From a virus, in the UHGV virus genome UHGV-0040088: a stretch of 39,518 nucleotides of DNA. One strand, given 5' to 3'. Position numbers and translations under genes: made by a program. Every line of letters begins with the position of its first letter. The first letter of the stretch is position 1. This document shows positions 34,050-39,518 of the stretch, one piece after another. The notes below the pieces were generated by a model that saw nothing but the letters and a program-made list of their open reading frames with translations, did not search any database and was not told where the DNA came from.

Positions 34050-34559
34050 TTAACCGTTAAGTTTTTCAATCTCAAATACTGGTTTATCAGGCAGTAGGCC
34101 GTTATCTTTACGGTATTCGTTTAATAAGTTACTAAAATTAAATGCGACAACATTTGAATAACCATAAAAACGCGCGTTTCTGAAAAAATATTTACCGTCA
34201 AACTTATTAACAGTTAGTAGGTTCTCACTTCCTAACATCCGCAATATTCTGCCGACCTTTCCTTTGTTTATATTAATATTCAATTCATTCTTAACATCTT
34301 CCGCTGAAAAATACCCGCTACTATTTGAAAACAAAGGGATTATATCCCTTATCGCCATTTCCCTTACTGACTTCAAGCAATATGATAATCTTTTACTATT
34401 TAGATCTACTTTTATAATAACGCCATCAGAAACCAAAGCATCCAAAGCGCAAATTATTTCACCTTCCGGTCCAGGAATAGATTTAACTATCGTTCCCTCA
34501 CCTGAAATAACAGCGTCATTTAAAAAATCAATTATTTGTTGCTGGTATGAAGTTTTCAT
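34050..34559 (-). CDS. hypothetical protein (169 aa), AT-rich, possibly two winged-helix-like segments
   Basis: GAGG SD before ATG 34559; visibly AT-richer than flanking genes; segment KGKVGRILRMLGSENLLTV resembles a recognition helix. Confidence 0.5.
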   Translation of the reverse strand: MKTSYQQQIIDFLNDAVISGEGTIVKSIPGPEGEIICALDALVSDGVIIKVDLNSKRLSYCLKSVREMAIRDIIPLFSNSSGYFSAEDVKNELNININKGKVGRILRMLGSENLLTVNKFDGKYFFRNARFYGYSNVVAFNFSNLLNEYRKDNGLLPDKPVFEIEKLNG

Positions 34560-34635
34560 TTTTAGCCTCGTTTTAAACGCGAAAACAGCCACCAGAAAGC
34601 GGTAAACTTTCCGGCAAGCTGTTTGCTAATATTGA

Positions 34636-36051
34636 TTAAAAAGATGCGTTATTCTGATTGTTTCGTTGGTTAAATCGGCTTGCGCGATGATTCATAGACT
34701 GAATACATGCAGACGCTGCGCGGGCCTGGTCACAAGGGAGGATATTGCCGTTGTCATCAAACCGCTGGTAAACAGTACCAGTTTTCCCGTGACGGTTTTT
34801 AGATACAATTATTTCCATGTATTCGCGTGCTACAGACTGCTCATCGTAATAACCATCGCGGTAAACCATGATGATCCTGTCAGCGTCTTGCTCAAGGTTC
34901 CCTGAATCTCGAAGATCTGAATTATTAGGGCGCTTGTTAGGTCGTTCCTCAACGCGGCGGGATAACTGGGCCAGCGCCAACACTGGTACGCGCAATTCTT
35001 TCGCCATCATCTTCAACGACCATGACAATTGCCCTACAGCGAGATCGTGACGTTCGGCTTTAGCCAGCTTCATTAAACCGATGTAGTCAATCATTACCAT
35101 GCCCAGGTTTGGGTGATCCTGCTTCATGCGTTCCGTTGTTGCGCGTATTTCCTCAACCGTTAACTGCGACGCGTCAACGATCCACACCTCAAGATTAGCA
35201 AGTGCGCTCATACCCTGGCCGACATGCGCCCAACCCTCATCATCAAGTTTTACCGGATTGCGCAGGCAGTCAGTTGATAAATTACCAGCGCCAGCAATGG
35301 CCCGTTCAGTCATCTGATCGAGTGACATTTCAAGCGTAAACAGCAAAACGCCTACCCGCTGACCTTCGCCACCAGGGTAAGGGCGCTCGGCAGCCTCGCG
35401 AGCAATTGCAAGCGCCAACGCAGATTTACCAGACCCAGGACGTCCGGCGAGAAGTACCAAATCAGTAGCGTTAATTCCGCCTAACATTTCGTCGAGTGGT
35501 TCTATACCTGTTTTGATGTTGTCAGAATTGACACCGCATTCCATGCGCTTGCTTAAAACGTCCGTATACTCCTGTACCGCATCACGCAACAGAACCGGAA
35601 TGATCTTGTCTTTCGTTACCTTTAATTTTGAATACCGGGAATCAAAATCTTTCATCGTCTCTTTGACGACTTCAAGCGTCCCCGTTTCCAGCTTGTAGCG
35701 CATATCGTCGATGAGTTCCAACATCTGCCGCCGCTGGTGCTCTTCACGTAGTAGCTGTGCGTATCCCTTCAGGTTGGCAGCAGAAGGACACGATCGCGCC
35801 GTTTGCATTAGCGGTACAAAGTTTTCATTGCCAATCTCATCGCCAACTAATAACGCGTCGATAAGATTCCTGTTTCTGGCTTGCGCCCGGATAACTTCAA
35901 ACGCACGTTTATAAAGCGGGATCGTGAACACTTCAGGATCAAGTGTGGCGAGAACATCTTGCGCGTTAGGAGTAAGGCCACCTAACAGTAGCCCGCCGAT
36001 AACTGACGCTTCACGTTCCTGCCGTAGTGAGTTTATTTGCTCAGTTACCAT
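34636..36051 (-). CDS. replicative DNA helicase (DnaB family)
   Basis: 471 aa; Walker A GRPGSGKSALAL; DnaB-like N-terminal domain and RecA-like core. Confidence 0.9.
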   Translation of the reverse strand: MVTEQINSLRQEREASVIGGLLLGGLTPNAQDVLATLDPEVFTIPLYKRAFEVIRAQARNRNLIDALLVGDEIGNENFVPLMQTARSCPSAANLKGYAQLLREEHQRRQMLELIDDMRYKLETGTLEVVKETMKDFDSRYSKLKVTKDKIIPVLLRDAVQEYTDVLSKRMECGVNSDNIKTGIEPLDEMLGGINATDLVLLAGRPGSGKSALALAIAREAAERPYPGGEGQRVGVLLFTLEMSLDQMTERAIAGAGNLSTDCLRNPVKLDDEGWAHVGQGMSALANLEVWIVDASQLTVEEIRATTERMKQDHPNLGMVMIDYIGLMKLAKAERHDLAVGQLSWSLKMMAKELRVPVLALAQLSRRVEERPNKRPNNSDLRDSGNLEQDADRIIMVYRDGYYDEQSVAREYMEIIVSKNRHGKTGTVYQRFDDNGNILPCDQARAASACIQSMNHRASRFNQRNNQNNASF

Positions 36052-36085
36052 TATGTTATTGCCTCCGGTTTACAAAATGGAAAAT

Positions 36086-36592
36086 TCAGGGTAAAGAAAT
36101 ACCGTGATTGCTATGAAAGTTATACATTCTTTCAGCTTCTTTTCTTGCTTTTACGGCATCATCAAATGAGTCACCGTAATAAACGTATATTGTTTTCTTT
36201 TTCCCATCAGACCCCCTTATACCTATTTGCGCGCGCCATTTATTAGTTTTCTTGTTCCATGTAACGCCAACGCATCCGCTGGTGTTACTTGATGGTATTG
36301 TTTTATTTCTGTTGTTCTCCCTCCTTGTAACCATCCTTAAGTTTTCGATTCTATCATCGCCAGGCACATGATTTATGTGATCTATTTCCATTCCATCAGG
36401 GATAGGGCCGTTAAACATTTCCCAAATAATGCGGTGACGCCATGTACAACACACACCATTAACGCGGATAGTCCAATATCCGCTATGATGCCTACTTCCA
36501 GCAACGTCACCGGCTTTTGTTTTGTTATTTGCGCGGTTACAAGACCAATATAGAACACCGTCCCTATAGGTAAATAAATCATCCCACATCAT
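36086..36592 (-). CDS. HNH homing endonuclease (HNH plus AP2-like)
   Basis: Motifs HRIIWEMFNGPIP, DHINHVPGDDRIENL, CVGVTW..KWR; start at internal ATG 36592/36589; third paralog in the window. Confidence 0.8.
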   Translation of the reverse strand: MMWDDLFTYRDGVLYWSCNRANNKTKAGDVAGSRHHSGYWTIRVNGVCCTWRHRIIWEMFNGPIPDGMEIDHINHVPGDDRIENLRMVTRRENNRNKTIPSSNTSGCVGVTWNKKTNKWRAQIGIRGSDGKKKTIYVYYGDSFDDAVKARKEAERMYNFHSNHGISLP

Positions 36593-37709
36593 GACACACC
36601 ACCATTTCAGGCCTATATACAAAGCGACCAATTTCGCCATAATCAGGACTGTAAATGATAACCGCCGCGCAACGTTGCGATCTCCATCCTCCATTAGTTG
36701 AATAAGCGTCTTTGCCCGCTAACGTGCCGTGGTGTTCAACTATGCCTATAGATGATTCTGTTACTGATTTATGGTGCAAATGTCCGACATGGACGTAAAC
36801 ATATTTCGACTTGCCGAAATCCTCGCGCCAGTCAGCTACGCAAGCAGCCAATAAATTTTCCGGCTTTTTAATAGTGTGCCCGTGGTGGTAAGCAAGAAAT
36901 GTTTTACCGTACTGCGTGTGGTGGACGATAGCAGGTGACACATCAACCGTCACGCGCGGTTCATCTTCGTAAAAAGCCGCCAGCGCCGCACGTAGCCAAA
37001 TCATGCCTGACTGATCGTGATTGCCTGACAACACCTGGATTTCAACATCCTTATGATTTAACAACATTTTACCTACCGCCCGCCGGACAGACCGGATCGC
37101 CACATAAACAAGTTTTGCGTAGCGACTATCTTGATCAAGAATGTGCCCGCTTATTGGCGTCACCGGGACCATACCGTCAGAATGAAGCAGATCGCCACCG
37201 AGGAGCAGTACGGCTTTTTCAGACATCGGAGCAGCGCCAACAGCGTAGTCAAAGAAGTCATTCAACACGCGCTCAGCGATCCCAGTGTCGTAGCTCTCGC
37301 CGCATTCAGCTTTATGAGCAAGCGCCCCGATATGCAGATCAAACACCGGATAAAGGGCCAGGCTTTTTTGAAAATCAATTTCAGGCACTGGCACAGCCTC
37401 CGCGCGTGGTATTTCATCCGTGAAAGCGTCGCGGGCCGCTTCCATTAACTGTTCCATTTCGTCGCGGTCACGGGCTGTTTTAATCCAGCGCATGATCACA
37501 TTGCCATCCTTATCGACGAGCAATGACTCAGCATTGACGCCAAAACCCGGTGCGCGACGCGTGGATATTAAACCGCGTTTCGCCAGTTTTGCGCCTAGCC
37601 GCTCGACGTTGCGTTTTGACATGCCATATTTTTCAGCGATCTGCTTGTACGTTAAACCGTTGTTATATTCAGCGATCAATTGCTCATCGCTGATTTTTCT
37701 TTGTGACAT
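36579..37709 (-). CDS. HTH domain fused to calcineurin-like metallophosphoesterase
   Basis: N-terminal HTH (LTYKQIAEKYGMSKRNVERL); phosphoesterase motifs DLH, GGDLLH, GNHD, GHLHH in canonical order. Confidence 0.75.
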   Translation of the reverse strand: MSQRKISDEQLIAEYNNGLTYKQIAEKYGMSKRNVERLGAKLAKRGLISTRRAPGFGVNAESLLVDKDGNVIMRWIKTARDRDEMEQLMEAARDAFTDEIPRAEAVPVPEIDFQKSLALYPVFDLHIGALAHKAECGESYDTGIAERVLNDFFDYAVGAAPMSEKAVLLLGGDLLHSDGMVPVTPISGHILDQDSRYAKLVYVAIRSVRRAVGKMLLNHKDVEIQVLSGNHDQSGMIWLRAALAAFYEDEPRVTVDVSPAIVHHTQYGKTFLAYHHGHTIKKPENLLAACVADWREDFGKSKYVYVHVGHLHHKSVTESSIGIVEHHGTLAGKDAYSTNGGWRSQRCAAVIIYSPDYGEIGRFVYRPEMVVCHDVG

Positions 37710-37743
37710 AGTGTCATTTCCTCACGAATAACAAATTGTATAC

Positions 37744-38481
37744 TTAGTTGCAAGTTAAAAGCTCAGTGATCCATACTTGTCCTTTAGCAGTGAATACAGC
37801 CTGCTCATATCCATCGTGAGTTACCCTCATTTCACCGTAGCCCTCATCAATAAACCACTGACTGAATACACGGCGGCGACAGCGAAGATCATAAACACCA
37901 ACCGCCGAAAGTTTTCTGTTTAATTTTACGGCTGACATTCCCAGCGGTTTAGCTACCTCTGAAGCCGTTCGGTGCATATCGTTTTTGACTATCGCGTCAC
38001 ATACAGCCGCTTTCGGAGCCAGCACTTTATTTTCAAGCGCAAGACGTTCATTTTCTTGCTTAACTAACAATTTTTGCTCGTATTCATTAGCCCACGCCCG
38101 CGCCGCTTCCGCAGGGTTAGAGAAGTCAGGCAAAGCAGGTTTGCAACCGTAACACCCATTTTCACGCAAAGCCGGAAGAACCTCCTCGCACACCCAATCC
38201 TGGAAGCGCTCGGCTGATTCTAATTTTGATCTCATAACAAGACGGTATATATCTGCCTCTCGAATTATAATTATGCCTTTTGGTCTGAACCCAAAACCTA
38301 ATTCCGTTGTTTTAACGGAATCAAGTTTAATCAATGACTTACAATGTTTTTTAATGGCCTGATGCTCGTCGTTGTACCCCAGCGCACGGGCCACATCAAC
38401 CGCAACAAAAGCAGGTTTACCGTCATAAATTACAGCAGTGATTTTATTGTCATCAAAATTAAAACACATCAACTCAGACAT
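37744..38481 (-). CDS. Bro-N / KilA-C antirepressor-like protein, paralog 2
   Basis: Bro-N N-terminus (KPAFVAVDVARALGY) and ANT/KilAC-like C-terminus; GGAGA SD before ATG 38481. Confidence 0.8.
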   Translation of the reverse strand: MSELMCFNFDDNKITAVIYDGKPAFVAVDVARALGYNDEHQAIKKHCKSLIKLDSVKTTELGFGFRPKGIIIIREADIYRLVMRSKLESAERFQDWVCEEVLPALRENGCYGCKPALPDFSNPAEAARAWANEYEQKLLVKQENERLALENKVLAPKAAVCDAIVKNDMHRTASEVAKPLGMSAVKLNRKLSAVGVYDLRCRRRVFSQWFIDEGYGEMRVTHDGYEQAVFTAKGQVWITELLTCN

Positions 38482-38729
38482 TGTAATTTCTCCGTAAAAC
38501 GCTCTACAACGCAAAAATCCCACCGCGTAACCCGTTTGCACAGGTTGCAGTGTCTTATTGCGCCAGAGGCGCTATCAGGTGGCTAATTTTCGATTTACAG
38601 ACTGGTATGTAGGTTATGGATTGATTAGCAGGTACAAACCGCCGAACAAAGCGACGTTAACAGCGATTGCAGCAGCGATGGCAAAGGCCAGGGCGAAAAC
38701 GTGTTTACCGTCCATTTTTTAAATCCTCT

Positions 38730-39368
38730 CTAAAACGAATTATTAGAAACGAATTTTCTGTATGGCTTAGGTAACGAAGGAGTGTTGCCGCCAAATAACA
38801 ACCTTATCGCATTAACAGAAAACTCAACATACATAAACGGTTCACCATCAGCATGATAGCCAACCTGTTGGCGAGCAAGCCCGCGAAGCGCCATAGACGG
38901 CGTAACAATCCAGCCATTATCAACCTTTTGAACCATGCCCAGCTTTGCAGCAGCCTTATAAACTTCACCAGACTTTCCAGGCAAGATTTTCCCTGGAGTA
39001 AGGAATACACCCTCAAGCATGTTGATCAGGCAATCATTTTCCTTGCGTAACTGCGCTGCCTCTTTCTCTCTTTCGATGAAGTAGTCACGAACCGCGCGCC
39101 CCTTAGGTGTGTGCTGGATCATCGCAATGTGTTTTGCTGCCTCAACAGTCAGAAAATATTCAGATGCTGGGCGGCCTCCATCCAGGTTATGAACATTTTT
39201 GTTCAAAACCTCAAAATCCAAAGACTTACGCAACCCGCACGCCTTTATCTGACGCTTTATCCACATGTGATAAGGAGTTTTAACACCCATTGCCTCATGT
39301 AACTGGCGACCGTCAACAGCCTCGCGCGTAACGCCGTCCATATCCTTAACAACAATATCGAACTTCAT
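38730..39368 (-). CDS. phage regulatory protein Rha-like (putative antirepressor)
   Basis: N-terminal segment VDGRQLHEAMGVKTPYHMWIKRQI matches the Rha-family pattern; GAGAGGA SD. Confidence 0.65.
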   Translation of the reverse strand: MKFDIVVKDMDGVTREAVDGRQLHEAMGVKTPYHMWIKRQIKACGLRKSLDFEVLNKNVHNLDGGRPASEYFLTVEAAKHIAMIQHTPKGRAVRDYFIEREKEAAQLRKENDCLINMLEGVFLTPGKILPGKSGEVYKAAAKLGMVQKVDNGWIVTPSMALRGLARQQVGYHADGEPFMYVEFSVNAIRLLFGGNTPSLPKPYRKFVSNNSF

Positions 39369-39518
39369 TTCAAAATCCTCTCTAAAACGCTCTCTAACGA
39401 GCTAAACCGCTAAAGATATGCAATCGTAGCACCATGCGTGTTTTAGCTCGCTGGTGAGCTTGTTTTGTGGGTAATTTTTGATTTTTGCTGATCGTGGTTG
39501 GTCAAAGAGCGCCACATC

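Noticed and set aside
38614-38713. Apparent 33-aa single-TM peptide on the minus strand between Bro-N paralog 2 and Rha
   Set aside because: On careful re-reading the hydrophobic frame has no start codon. The ATG with the good SD is in another frame and gives only a 19-aa Cys-rich peptide (38656..38715), so no TM peptide is called.
1-39518. Integrase, CI/Cro-type repressor, attachment site or tRNA genes
   Set aside because: No tyrosine or serine recombinase-like ORF, no clear repressor pair and no tRNA-like structure was recognised, so lifestyle (temperate or virulent) cannot be decided from this window.

Overview
This window reads as a nearly complete tailed dsDNA phage (or prophage) genome segment with siphovirus-type organisation. 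All calls are from reading the sequence and the supplied ORF track; no database search was run. On the + strand, in order: three small ORFs, a lysis cassette (two-TMD holin, SAR endolysin, an inserted HNH endonuclease, Rz with embedded Rz1), an HExxH-motif protein, a tandem array of 11 micro-ORFs (22-32 aa, each a single hydrophobic helix), terminase small and large subunits, portal, head morphogenesis protein, scaffold-like protein, major capsid protein, head-tail joining proteins, major tail protein, and a lambda-like tail module (tape measure, M, L, K, I, J) followed by an Stf-like tail fiber with a C-terminal intramolecular chaperone domain. The tail module is interrupted at three junctions by minus-strand cassettes flanked by bidirectional terminators, and a lipoprotein gene sits on the minus strand between J and the fiber. 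The 3' third (31.7-39.4 kb) is a minus-strand early/replication operon: Rha-like regulator, two Bro-N paralogs, an HTH-metallophosphoesterase fusion, a third HNH endonuclease, DnaB-like helicase, an AT-rich gene, NinB and unknowns. The strongest candidates for undescribed biology are the micro-ORF array, the four-gene minus-strand cassette between the tail chaperone and tape measure, the other two tail-embedded cassettes, the roughly 700-aa coiled-coil expansion inside J, and the HTH-metallophosphoesterase. No integrase, repressor, tRNA or CRISPR array was seen.
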